This document shows positions 34,089-47,219 of a stretch of DNA of 64,000 nucleotides, piece after piece (within the stretch, counting starts at the first letter, position 1; each line of letters starts with the position of its first letter). A model generated the notes under the pieces. The model made no database searches, was not told the DNA's origin, and saw only the letters and a program-made list of their open reading frames with translations. Source of the stretch: Ranitomeya imitator (lineage: Eukaryota); NCBI RefSeq assembly GCF_032444005.1, contig NC_091283.1, positions 467,728,001 through 467,792,000 on the forward strand, written 5' to 3'. Position numbers and translations under genes: made by a program.

Positions 34089-37000
34089 CTGAAATAAAAA
34101 GAATAAGTGAATGTATAAGTTCAATGGGGCTGGTCAGATATGACTTTAGTCAGATGTGACATCATTTAAAGTGTATCATCAGAAATATACCAGAAATCGG
34201 CCAGACGGTAAGGCTAATCCGTCTTCTAATTTCACTTGCCTTCCCTTGCTCTTTAACCCTTTCATGACCTTGGGATTTTCCGTTTTTCGCTCCCCTCCTT
34301 CCTAGAGCCATAACTTTTTTATTTTTCCATCAATATGGCCATGTGAGGGCTTATTTTTTGCGGGACAAGTTGTACTTTTGAACGACATCATTGGTTTTAC
34401 CATGTCGTGTACTAGAAAACGGGAAAAAAAATCCAAGTGCGATGAAATTGCAAAAAATGTGCAATCCCACACTTGTTTTTTGTTTGGCTTTTTTGCTAGG
34501 TTCACCAAATGCTAAAACTGACCTGCAATTATGATTTTCCAGGTCATTACGAGTTCATAGACACCTAACATAACTAGGTTCTCTTTTATCTAAGTGGTGA
34601 AAAAAAATTCCAAACTTTGCTAAAAAAAATAAAATAAATTGCGCCATTTTCCGATGCCCGTAGCGTCTCCATTTTTCGTGATCTGGGGTTGGGTCAGGGC
34701 TTATTTTTTGCGTCCCAAGCTGACGTTTTTATTGATACCACTTTTGTGCAGATACGTTCTTTTGATCGCCCGTTATTGCATTTTAATGCAATGTCGCGGC
34801 GACCAAAAAAACCTAATTCTGGCGTTTCTAATTTTTTTTCTCGCTACGCTCTTTAGCGATCAGGTTAATGCTTTTTTTTATTGATAGATTGTGCGATTCT
34901 GAACGCGGTGATACCAAATATGTGTAGGTTTAATTTTTTTTTTAATTGTTTTATTTTGAATGGGGCGAAAGGGGGGTGATTTAAACTTATATATATATAT
35001 ATATATATACAAAAACAATAGAAACAGCTGGACAGCACCACTGCCAGGAAGAACAAAGTGGGAACCGCTCACCTGTGCTGAATAGGCCAAGATATCTGAT
35101 CCTGGGTGCAGAGCTCCGCTGGAGAAAAGTCCATGTAATGTTCCCAATACGAAGAAAAAAATGGAGCGCACTCGCCGATCATGCTGTGCAGGTCTCTTTA
35201 TTCGAACGTAATGTGATACATCTTCACGACCGGGGGTGCGGCGAAGCTTGACGACGGCCGTTTCGCGCCTATCTGGCATAGCCTCCATGGGAGGCTAGAA
35301 GCTGGCGCAACTCGATTGGCACAGCTACATGGGAGCGATCATCAGATCACTGCTATGTAGCTGAATTGCAGGCTTGCTATGAGCGCCGACCACAGGGTGG
35401 CGCTCACAGCAAACCGGCATCAGTAACCATAGAGGTCTCAAGGACCTCTATGGTTACTCTGCAGAAGCATCACTGACGCCCGATCATGTGACGGGGTCGG
35501 CGATGCGCTCATTTCTGGCCTGATGGCCGGAAGCGCCAGTTAAATGCCGCTGTCTGCATTTGACAGCGGCATTTAACTAGTTAATAGCGGCGGGTGAATC
35601 GCGATTTCACCCGCCGCTATTGCGGGCACATGTCAGCTGTTCAAAACAGCTGACCTGTCCCGGCTTTGATACGGGCTCACCGCCGGAGCCCGCATCAAAG
35701 CGGGGGTTCTGACCTCAGACGTACTTTCCCGTCCGAGGTCAGAAAGGGGTTAATCATGCTCACATTTGCCCTCACTGTTTTTGCTCCACTAATCCTCACT
35801 CTCTTTCACTAACCCCAAACCCCCTGCACCCTCAAACCACATAACTATCTCCCCTCTCTCCCACCCACCCCCTTGCTTCATCTGCAGACCTGCTCCTTAA
35901 CCTCAGACCTTTCCTACTAAAATATAATATAAGCCGATCACTCTACTTCACCCACCCGCTTTCCCTCTGCTCCTTCTCACTGCTGGCAACATATCCCCCA
36001 ATCCTGGCACCCCCTCCCCACCTCATATATTCCACTAATCCTCACCCCTATAATTCTCACACTAAGAGAAACTACCGCAATCCCTCACACTTAAAATCTG
36101 TGCCACTGACCCCCACCCCCCTGCTTCCTCTCTCTGGGGCACTTTGGAATGCCCGCTCTGTCTGCAACAAGCTCCACATGGTCCATGATCTCTTCACTTC
36201 CCGCAACCTTTCCTTCCCGGCACTCACTGAGACCTGGCTGACGCCCGATGGCACGGCCTCTCCTGTTGTACCGAGTTACGCTGGCCTCCAATTTACCCAC
36301 ACTCCTCGCTCTGGCAACAGACATGGCGGAGGAGTGGGTATCCTTCTTTCTAAAAACTGTTCCTTCAACCCTATCCAACCCCCACCCTCCCTTCTTTCGA
36401 GGTCCATTCTGTCCGTATCTACTCTTCCACTAATCTCCAATGGCTGTCATATACAGACCACCTGGCTCAGCCACTGCCTTCATTGACCAATTCTCCACCT
36501 GGCTTCTTCACTTTCTCTCTGCTGACATGCCCACCATCATAATGGGTGACTTTAATATCACTATTTACACCTGCCAGCCAGCAGCCTCCAAGCTCCTGTC
36601 CCTTACCTCATCCTTTGGACTTACTCAGTGGTCCTCCACAGCCACCCACACAGACGGACATACACTAGACCTCATCTTCACCCGCCTCTGTTCCTTATCT
36701 AATCTCACAACTTCTTCCTTCCCCCTATCTGACCACCATCTACTCACCTTCTCATCCTTGTCCTCCTCACCACCCCCCCCATGTCCAGCCACTACCACAT
36801 CCTTGCAGAAACCTTGTACAACTAGACATTCAAAGACTCTCAGACTCTCTCCTACCCCTGTCCTCCATATCTTCACTCCACGACACAGACTGCGCCACCG
36901 CTTTCTATAACTCCACCCCCACATCAGCCATAGACTCTGTCACCTTTCTCATGCATGGCAAAGTGCGACAAAGCAATAGGCAACCCTGGCATAACAACCT

Positions 37001-40000
37001 CACCAAAAAAACTCCAACAAGCATCCAGGGTCGCTGGAAAAAAACATGCCTGCCAGGCGACTTCACTGCTTTCAAACAAGCTACACTTGCCTTCAAACTA
37101 GCCCTCACTTCTGCTAAACAGACCTATTTCACTAACCCTGTATATTCATTATCATACAACCCAAAACAACTGTTCAGCACATTTAACTCTCTCCTCTGCC
37201 CACCACTGCTACCTCCAACTCCCCTCATCTCTTCTGAGAACTTTGCCACCTACTTCAAAAACAAGATCGACCAGATAAGGCAAACTTTAACTGTTCCACC
37301 ACCCCAACCACTCCATATACCTGACCTCTGCCCCTCCCTAATAACTTCCCTCTCCAACATCACTAAAGGAGAACTTCCCTCCTTTCCAAATCACACCTCA
37401 CCACCTGTGCACTTGACCCCATCCCTTCCCACCTGCTCCCCAACCTCACTAACACGCTCATTCCAGCCCTAACCCATCTCTTCAACCTATCGCTATCTTC
37501 TGGTACCTTCCCCTCTGCCTTCAAACATGCCACCATCACACCCATCCTCAAAAACGCTAACATTGACCCAACTGCTATGCCCAGCTATCGCCCCATATCA
37601 CTGCTCCCGTTTGCTTCAAAACTCCTTGAGCAGCATGTTCATGGTCAACTTTCCTCCCACCTCTCATCTAACTCTCTCCTTGACAACCTCCAATCTGGCT
37701 TCCGCCCCCACCACTCCACCGAAACTGCTCTGACCAAAATTACTAATGACTTACTCACAGCCAAAGCTAACAGACAGTTCTTCATCCTCCTCCTTCTGGA
37801 TCTGTCCTCTGCTTTCGACACAGTCGACCACCTCCTACTGCTACAGATCCTCTCTTCCCTCGGCATCAAAGGCCTTGCCCTGTCCTGGATTGCCTCATAC
37901 CTTTCCAACCGCACATTTAGCGTTTCCCACTCCCACACTACCTCCTCATCCCGCCCGCTCTGTTAGAGCCTTGAGGGACTCAGTCTTAGGGCCCCTACTT
38001 TTTTCCCCATCTATACCCTTGGCCTAGGACAACTCATAAAGTCCCATGGCTTCCAGTACCACCTGTATGCAGACGACACTCAGATCTACCTCTCTGGCCC
38101 AGATGTCACCTCTCTGCTGTCGAGAATCCCGGAGTGTCTTATCAGCCATATCCTCCTTCTTCAATTCTCGCTTCCTAAAACTCAATGTAGACAAAACCGA
38201 ACTCATCATCTTTCCCCCATCTCACGTATCCCACCTACCTGACGTATCTATTATGGTAAACGGCATCACGCTCTCTCCCGCACCTGAAATCCGCTGCCTC
38301 GGGGTAACTCTCGACTCTGCCCTGCCCTTCAAACCGCACGTCCAAACTCGTGCCACCTCTTGTCGCCTCCAACTCAAAAATATTGCCAGAATCCGTCCCT
38401 TCCTCAGCCCACAATCTACTAAAACTCTTGTGCATGCCCTCATTATCTCCTGCCTCGATTACTGCAATACCCTCGTCTGTGGCCTTCCTTCTAACACACT
38501 CGCACCCCTCCAGTCCGTCCTTAACTCTGCTGCCCGGCTAATTCACCTCTCTCCTCGCTACTCCCTTGCTTCACCCCTCTGCAAATCCCTCCACTAGCTC
38601 CCATTTCCTCAACGAATCCAGTTCAAACTACTAACACAGATTTACAAAGCCATCCACAACCTGTCCCCTCCCTATATCTCTGAACTAATCTCCCAATATC
38701 TTCCCTCACGTAATCTCCGATCCTCCCAAGATCTCCTACTCTCCTCCACACTTATTCGTTCCTCACACAACCGCCTCCAAGATTTCTCCCGAATATCCCC
38801 CATCCTCTGGAATTCCATGCCTCAACACGTCCGACTATCGACCACCCTCGGCTCCTTCAGACGGAACCTGAAAACCCATCTCTTCTGGAAAGCCTACACC
38901 CTGCAGTAACCATTCTGCCGCCTCACCAACCACCCGAGCTGCCGCCTCACCAACCACCCGAGTTGCCGCGTCACCACCACCCGAGCTGTTGCGTCACCAC
39001 CGCCAGAGCTGCCGCGTCACCACCGCCAGAGCTGTCGCACCCCCGACCTTTTGTCTCTTCCCCATTATCCCATAGACTGTAAGTCCGCAAGGACGGGGTC
39101 CTCTCCCCTCTACCAGTCTGTCATTGTAAATTTGCTTACTGTAAACGGTATCTATAACCCTGTATGTAACCCCCTTTTCTCATGTACAGCACCATGAAAT
39201 TAATGGTGCTATATAAATAAATAATAATAATGTTAGGAGTTAGTTCACACTATTTGCATAGGAAAAGTGGATGAATCTAAGTAACCGCTATACAGTGCCA
39301 CCTAGTGCTCACAGTGATAAGTGCAGGTAACAGTACACAGTCGACAGGTGCCACCTGCTGGCCAGCAAAATATAGATGAGCAGCAATAATAATAATCATC
39401 TTTATTTTTATATAGCGCTAACATATTCTGAAGCGCTTTACAGTTTGCACACATTATCAGCAAGTTCTTACCTATAAACTCTGTCACCGGATCATGTTCT
39501 CCTTCTGTCTTAATGGTGCCAGCTATACTTTCGTTTTCTAGGATGGGAAGGAAAAGCTGCACAAAGTCTGAGGTATAGGGAGGCGCAATGACATCCAGAA
39601 CCTGGAGGGGAAAATGGCAATTAAGACATGGTAATTAAGATGGGGGATGGGCTGTGGATCATACAGATAGAGCCCACCTCTGTCACAAAGTATCGTATCA
39701 GAGAGATGTCAGTGTCAAGCTTCTCCAGGCATCTGCGGATGTAGGTGACAACAGGCAGCACATACCCCCGGCTCAGCAGGTGAACCATCCTGTCCAACAG
39801 CGTCTTCTTCAGCTCCATCTACTCAGAGACAAATGACAACTGAATACAGAATTCTGCAGCCTTCAGAGCTGAACTCTCCCAATAATATTTGAAAGCTTAA
39901 TATTTCCTTCTAAAAATCTATTAATTATTCTCTGTATTTTAGGTCTCGGAAGCAGAAGTGAGCAATGACAAACCCTGTAAAAGTGCATGTGTCAGTAAGA

Positions 40001-43000
40001 TTTCACCCCCAAACAATTTATATCCACATGTAACTCTTTCAAAGACAAGTCCAGCAATACCTTTACATGGTCAGTCCGTTCCTCCATTACTGAGAAGTCC
40101 AGAGTTTGCACTGATATGCAAATGAGGCTGAAGGACTATGGTAGATCTGAAGCCTCTGTCACTCCAGCTCTATTCCTCACCCAGCGCACACACCTTCTGC
40201 TTGACTGACAGCCTTTATGGTGCGAGACTCCAGACAAACAAGCCATCAATCAAGCGGGAGGAGGCCGTGCTGGGCAGGGAATAGAGCTGAAGTGACAGGC
40301 TTCAATTATGGAAATGTGACGGGAGAATTATGGTATATCGAAACGCGGATTTCTCAGTAAATATATTGCTGGACTGGTCTTTGAGAGAGCTACGGTACAT
40401 TACACCTAAATGGTTTGGGTGGTGAAATCCTGCTGACAGACTCCCTCTAAAGGGGCTTTCCCTTTAAAAAAAAAAGAGGTCCCCAAAAGTTTTTATCTTG
40501 TAAAATATCAAACAAAGCATAATCTCAGCTTCACGGGACACAGCGCCTGCTTTCTGCACATCACTGCTGCAGCCAATCACTGAGCTCAGCTAACAGACGA
40601 GTAGAACACCCCTTTAAATAAGACCCTATATTCTCATGACATATTTGGTTTCAGAAATGCATCTGAAGTCTACACGGCCGCCATGCAGGCAGCCCACCCT
40701 GCAGTCTCTTACCTGCTCCATGACGTCTAGCTGCGAGTGCTCGGTTTCGAAGAGTTTAATAAGTAGCTGCAGGACTTGTGGGTGTAGAAGTTGGTGACAA
40801 GTGCTGATCTACAAGGACGGTGACAAAACATGGAAGAATTCAAATGTGGAAATACAATTCCTTATCGCATAAAATTAGTTGGAATTGTCAGTCCGTGGTG
40901 GCAAGTTTGTCTGATTGCTTTCTATAGTCAATTTCATGGGTAAAATCCTGAAACCGTGGTGTAAATACACCAATGGTTTTTGGTGCACTCGCCTCATCCA
41001 GCAGGGCCAGGTGTACAGGTGTATGATCCGTCTGGAGCTGGAAATACCGAGGTTCTGATACCGTCCAGTCCACCCACTTCAAAACACCCATTGCTACAAC
41101 TGGGAACCTGTGGTGGAAGCAAGAAACATTGACCAGTTTTGGACCAGTAGCCATGTCCACCATTCTAACGCAGCAATCCCATCCCATAAGCCGTGCATCA
41201 TCTCAGCCTACCTGATACACTGATACAATGTGCCAAGCTCGGCTACAAGCTCCGAAGCGCCCTTGTTTTCATTGCAGCACAGATTATGGACAGTCTCGAT
41301 TGCTTTGGATGTGGACTTCAATTCATCTTTATTAATATTCACTCTTTTATTCTGCGGTAAATAAGACAACGGGATGATCTGACGATTTTACACCTTGATT
41401 CAAAAGGATAGGTCTGCAATACTAGACACAACCATGAGTAAGGGTGGCGCTGTTCCAGGAGAAAATTGTATTTATCTATTTTTTTAAATCATCTGCTTTT
41501 TCTTTTTCAAAATTTTAGACAACCCATTTTATCTCATGCACAGGAAAGCGTAAATGCAGAGTACGCCGTGATCAGGCTTCTCCTATCCAAGTAAAGGCTT
41601 ACCTTTTTCCATGTCTCTACCACACTGGCAGCATAAGCCAATATATGGATGTATTTATGCTTGTGGTCTTGATTTATCTTGGCTCCGGGTTTGAAGAGCG
41701 ACTGCATGAAAAGATCCAGGAACGCAGGAACACGGATCTGAGAGAGGAGCAGATTTAGGAAATATGGACAAGTTACGGCATATATTAAGGAAGGGGCAGT
41801 GTGGGCATAGTAACAGAAAATATACAGAAATACATTCTGCATGAGCCATCTTGTAAGTGATGGCCAGAAGCCCAAGGACTGATCCACTGATGACATGACG
41901 TATACATATAGTGTTCTGGTCAATAGAGGAGCCCCTCATCCTCACCAGCTCCACGGGGGGAGAGTCCATGCTTGTAAACATCTTGTACAGGACAGTAATG
42001 TCCGCAGGGTTCAAAGCGCCTTTGGATAACATAGCACCAAGTGCCTGGCATGCCCGAGGGTAGGAGGCAGCGGTGCCCAACGCAAGAGTGATCTGACTGG
42101 CGTCATGGCCCCTGGGGAAGAAAAAGTCTACGTAAAATAATGTAATACTCATGGGTCGTATTGACAGTCCTTATGGGGATTCAGCTAGCAGCGAGCCTTT
42201 TTAGGGCAATAAAAGTTTTATATTCATATTTCTATATACCTAACATGTTAAATGCCGCTGTCAATCTCTGACAGTGGAATTTAACACGATCGCGCTGAAA
42301 ACGCGTCACTAACAGTAATTCTGGCCAGGGGTGCCCAAACTTTTACATGCCACTGTATATCTGAAATAAATCTATTAAAAGATTACGTAACCATTCTTAC
42401 TTTTCATGAGCAAATCTCTGCACCTCTTGTGCAATCCTCCGCATGGCAGATCCTCCCTGCTCCTCTTGCGCCAATATAGACATGATGGCTTGTGCAAACA
42501 AGTAGGTGTGCTCTCCGTGACAAACCATTTTCTACGAGACGAGACAAAAAGGAGAATGCTTAAGTGAAGGCAGACGCCATGAATGGCATTGCAGTGCTGA
42601 GAGGAACATACAGCAAACTCAGGTAGGTTTTTTTCAAGGTTCTCCTCTCCTCCATCAAGAATGGTGGCCAGTGATGTACGAAGCACCCTGGAGAAGACCT
42701 CCAGCTGCTGGCAAGCAGTGGAGACGCTGGTGATTTCTCCTTGGTACCCGGCATCAGAGATGAGCTAGGAGACAGTGCAGGATGAGGATTTATCCGTTAG
42801 CGGTAAGCTGCGTCACACGAAGCAGTAATTCTCCGTCACTCACCTTCACTGTGAAGTTCAGCATCAAACAGTCTGGATGCGCCTCGGCGAGCTTGTAGAA
42901 CAGGTCCCTCCATGTGGTGTGTGCAATCATCTGCTCCAGCCACGCGGGGGTCTGCAAATCAAAGTGGGAGCAAGGCGTTATCAGAGCATGCTCCCATGCT

Positions 43001-45788
43001 AACCGAGTGTCTTTGGCGTGCTTGAAAAATATTTTCAAGTCCTTGCATCTGCATGTCTGTTCGACAGCTGCAACACATGCAGGCGCGGGGACTCGACCAT
43101 ATTTTTCGAGCTCGCCGATGTCACTTGCTTAGCACCAGAGCATGCTCACATAACGCCTTATCTGATCACGTACGCTGATCACTAATTATTACCTCTCCTT
43201 CCTCTGTAAATATGGAATCTGCTTTTCTCGGCTCAAAGTGTTTAATCAACAGACTCTTCAAGTGGTTTTCCACCGTCTCCTGGACTTGTACTGGCTCCAC
43301 TCCTGTAACACAATATATGGAGAATGACCTTCTCATACAAGCCGCATAGTAACACGGACACTTAAAGGGGCTGTCTCATCAGAGAGAACCTCTACCAAAA
43401 CACATCTAGTCAGTAGCCTGGTCTGACATCACATCCCACAACTGAATGGTCCCCCGCTCTGCCATCACAATTCAGCCACCATACCCCGTGGATGAATAGT
43501 GCCCACCCTGCCATCATGTCCTAGCCTTAAGGTACCGTCACACTAGACGATATCGCTAGCGATCCGTGACGTTGCAGCGTCCTGGCTAGTGATATTGTCC
43601 AGTGTGACAGGCAGCAGCGATCAGGCCCCTGCTGTGATGTCGCTGGTCGGGGAAGAAAGTCCAGAACTTTGTTTCGTCGCTGGATCTCCCGCTGACATCG
43701 CTGAATCGGCGTGTGTGACGCCGATTCAGCGATGTCTTCGCTGGTAACCAGGGTAAACATCGGGTTACTAAGCGCAGGGCCGTGCTTAGTAACCCGATGT
43801 TTACCCTGGTTACCATCGTTAAAGTAAAAAAAACAACCACTACATACTTACCTACCGCTGTCTGTCCCCGGCGCTGTGCTTCTCTGCTCTGACTGTGAGC
43901 ACAGCGGCCGGAAAGCAGAGCGGTGACGTCACCGCTGTGCTTTCCGGCTGCCCGGCGCTCAGTAACCCGATGCCCCGCGCTTAGTAACCCGATGTTTACC
44001 CTGGTTACCGGCATCGTTGGTCGCTGGAGAGCGGTCTGTGTGACAGCTCTCCAGCGACCAAACAGCGACGCTGCAGCGATCCGGATCGTTGTCGGTGTCG
44101 CTTAGTGTGACGGTACCTTTACTCTACTGCAGGTCCCAATAACATAACAACTTTTCTACTGGACCCAGACTTAACATTTATATTATTAACCCAATATATT
44201 CTCATCTCCGCACCGGGACCAACTCCACCAAGTGACAATGACCGGTACCTGAATGGATGAGCCATTCTGCCAACAGGTTGACGGTCTGTGCTACAGCTGC
44301 GTAATTCTCAGAGAGGAGCTGAATGACGTTCTCCGGAGACCCGCCTGCCTGGAAATACCTGCACAAAACAGAATCAGAGCTCGCTCACACTGCCGTATAC
44401 TCCATCAGGCGAGGGAATCGGCCCGATATTAGCACGACACAATCTATAGTAACCAAGTCCCAAATAAAATACACATTATTTTGGTGTTTAATGGCCACAG
44501 ATGTATTTAAAAATCACATCACTATAACAGTAAGGGCTCAGTCACATGTCCGATTTTTCTACATGTGAGAATAACAAACCAATCAGTCTGATCAGACCTT
44601 GATCACAGTCTGTAGTCCGAGTGTCATCCAATTTTCTCCTACGTTGAGGAATTTAAAAAAAAAGTCTCCATTCTAACAGTCCATGAAAATCGTATGACTG
44701 TTACCTGAGTGAGGTCCAATTTTTCATGGACCCATTGACAATTTTGATTTGACCCTCGTATCAAAATGGGACATGCCTGCGATATTTTTTTTGCAGATGA
44801 CTCGATTCAAGGAAAAAATAAAATCAGACATGTACACAGCCCAATAGAATATCATAGGTTGGAGAGCATAGGTTTTCCTCATGGACCAAGTGAAATAAAT
44901 CAAAGCATACATTACTTTTGTTGCATGTTGGATGAGGCTCGATCATTTAAGTCTATGATGGTGCAAAAAACAATAATCGGATCACATAGGGATCATCTGT
45001 ACTGCACCCAATTTTTACTGATACATTGCGATTGTTAACCTGTTTGATCACGTACGTTGTAAACTGCTGATATATAAAACCTATCAGTTTGATCCGAGTG
45101 TCATCCGATTTTCTTGTATGACACAGAGTTGCAGCACAGGTATGGAGAAGATGGAGGACTCCATCTTCTCCGCCCTCGATTACAATTAAATAATTGCAGG
45201 CCTGCACTGCCCCATAATATAACATGGGGTATAGTGGCATCTGAAAAAGCATCATATAGCACTTGGCTGTGTTATACACCAGTGTGGCGAGCTGTAACGC
45301 TAACAGAATGTTTTAAAAAAAACACCACATTTACCATAAAATCCTGATGTAAACAATAGGTGATTTTCTGATAACCGCTTCCCTTTGGGGTAGGGTCACG
45401 TGGCCGTTTACACTGGAGAAAACGAAGGGTCGGATTACTCTGATCAGACTTTGATCGGAGTGTCATCAGCTTTTCTTGGGAAAAAAAAAATCTCCACCTT
45501 CTCTATTCAGTCGTTCTGTAAGCCCCATACAATACCTTGGGTATGTGAAAACCATAGCGCTCATCCGATATAAGCGGTCGTGTACACGAGCCCAGAAGAT
45601 GATCGTAGACGCAAATCTTAGATCTGCTACTCTCAAAAACCAGAAGGAGCTAACATGGAGTCGGCTCTGATGTACCTCTTCAAGGTGTTGAATATGGCCG
45701 GCTCCATGATGTAGTCACGACTGGACAGCTTCTGCAGACATTCCTGCTGCACCTCGGCGTCGTCCTCCGCCTCTCCATACTCTTCATC
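34054..45788 (-). CDS. NELFCD: Negative elongation factor C/D (TH1L), 14 exons encoding 560 aa; first coding exon not in window
   Basis: complement join of 45676-45788, 44249-44358, 43193-43302, 42844-42951, 42612-42764, 42401-42531, 41946-42111, 41603-41737, 41212-41351, 40993-41107, 40713-40808, 39678-39818, 39472-39601, 34054-34088; 1683 nt, phases consistent. Confidence 0.95.
34257..35749. mobile_element. Non-autonomous TTAA-target (piggyBac-like) element in the last NELFCD intron
   Basis: TTAA|CCCTTTCATGACC ... GGTCAGAAAGGGG|TTAA; no coding capacity. Confidence 0.75.
35800..39231 (+). mobile_element. L2-clade LINE, degenerate, antisense to NELFCD
   Basis: [72 protein letters not shown]; tail TAAATAA(ATA)n; 5' boundary approximate. 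Confidence 0.9.
39472..39601 (-). CDS. NELFCD: NELFCD exon
   Basis: [43 protein letters not shown]. Confidence 0.95.
39678..39818 (-). CDS. NELFCD: NELFCD exon
   Basis: [47 protein letters not shown]. Confidence 0.95.
40713..40808 (-). CDS. NELFCD: NELFCD exon
   Basis: [32 protein letters not shown]. Confidence 0.95.
40993..41107 (-). CDS. NELFCD: NELFCD exon followed by a GC donor
   Basis: [38 protein letters not shown], then GAG|GCGAGT. Confidence 0.93.
41212..41351 (-). CDS. NELFCD: NELFCD exon
   Basis: [46 protein letters not shown]. Confidence 0.95.
41603..41737 (-). CDS. NELFCD: NELFCD exon
   Basis: [45 protein letters not shown]. Confidence 0.95.
41946..42111 (-). CDS. NELFCD: NELFCD exon
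   Basis: [55 protein letters not shown]. Confidence 0.95.
42401..42531 (-). CDS. NELFCD: NELFCD exon
   Basis: [43 protein letters not shown]. Confidence 0.95.
42612..42764 (-). CDS. NELFCD: NELFCD exon
   Basis: [51 protein letters not shown]. Confidence 0.95.
42844..42951 (-). CDS. NELFCD: NELFCD exon
   Basis: [36 protein letters not shown]. Confidence 0.95.
43193..43302 (-). CDS. NELFCD: NELFCD exon
   Basis: [36 protein letters not shown]. Confidence 0.95.
43530..44118. mobile_element. Harbinger-type MITE in an NELFCD intron
   Basis: TIRs AGGTACCGTCACACTA / TAGTGTGACGGTACCT, TTA on both sides. Confidence 0.85.
44249..44358 (-). CDS. NELFCD: NELFCD exon
   Basis: [36 protein letters not shown]. 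Confidence 0.95.
45676..45788 (-). CDS. NELFCD: NELFCD exon (probable exon 2)
   Basis: [37 protein letters not shown]; preceded by GGCAG acceptor. Confidence 0.93.
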
Positions 45789-47219
45789 CTGCCGTATAAC
45801 AGAGCAGGACAGAAGTCACTGACGCATCGGGGAACAGATTTCTTCACAATCAAGTGACAGGGGAACTGCTTGAAATGACAGTGTAGATATCGGGGGCCAC
45901 ATCAGGTTCCCTGTGGGCTTCCCCCATACACATGCATGCTCAGTTCAGCCGAGCGTACATTGGTTCGGATTGGGGGAGACGTCGCTGTCAGGCATCTCTT
46001 ACCTCCACCCGATTCCTCTCTGCCCCCAAAACCTCCCATCTGGGAAGAGTCAGGGGTCACTAAATATACATGGAGGGAGCTGCTGAAATGGGTGGGCTCA
46101 GCCAAAATGTATCTAACGTGTTGGGGGCCTTTAAAGGGACACTCCATTTCTGATTTCAGGATGTATGCTCTTATTAAAGGGTATTCTGAGCTGAAGACCT
46201 TGATGGGATATTATACCGATCGCCCCCCATCACACCCTAGAAGTGCTGCTATTTTGGCTGTACTCTGACCCAGCACGTTCCCCCGAGTATTATTATGGTA
46301 CTACAAGTCCCAGCAACACACACATCAGTTCCTATGAGCCTCAGGAGGAATAAGTGCAGACTCACCGCTCCTCTCTCCTCCCAGTCCCCAATAATGGTCC
46401 CAGAGCTGACCCCTCCGCCACTGCTGCTCCCTAGGAAGTATTCGGGGTCCATCTCCTCTTTAGGGGGTCTGCAGCTTCCTCTATTGACTTTCCGCAGTTT
46501 CCAGGCGCAATAAGATGACCTATGTTTTTTCTCCCGGAAGAGCATAGGGAAGATAGCATAGAACCAATCTGTCCACTATGGAGGCGGCGGCGGCCATGTT
46601 TGTGAAGACCAGCCGCCTGCGGGAGAGCGAACAGGACCCGAGTACTGGACGAGAGCCGCCTCAGTCCAGCCGAGAAGGGGCTGCACCCGGCTGTGGCATT
46701 TACCAGCACCAGGCCCAGTCTGGTTGCCATAGGAAACAGCTGCTCTTCTTCCTTGCACCAGTTCATATAAATATCCAGTCGCCTCAGATTTCAATATCTC
46801 TTCTTGCTGTCAGTAAATGGAAACTCTCCATCTGTCTGAAGGGGATATCTCCTAGCATGTGGGAAGCTTATGCTGCAAATGTTCTCCCTGTAAAGCCAGG
46901 TTCAGACGGCCATATTGGAAATCAGGCAAACTGCAAATAGCGGAGCTGTTAGGCCGGCGTCACACTCAGCGTATAAAAATACGGTCTGTAATTTACGGCC
47001 GTAATACGCAGAAAAGTCCCCAAAATAGTGGTCCGTATCTCCTCCGTAGGCAGGGTGTGTCAGCGTATTTTGCGCATGGCATCCTCCGTATGTAATCCGT
47101 ATGGCATCCGTACTGCGAGATTTTCTCGCAGGCTTGCAAAACCGACATACGGACATACAATGGATCCATGTTCTCAAAAAAATCGTAAAAACATAAATAC
47201 TGTCTATATATATATATAT

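Noticed and set aside
46002-46040. Minus-strand ATG..GGAG|GTAAG as candidate NELFCD exon 1
   Set aside because: Phase 1 donor is incompatible with the phase 0 next exon, there is no resemblance to known N-termini, and it lies in MITE-like sequence
46560-46600. ATGGCCGCCGCCGCC / ATGGAGGCGGCGGCG as a gene start
   Set aside because: No usable donor or homology; context looks like a decayed non-autonomous element
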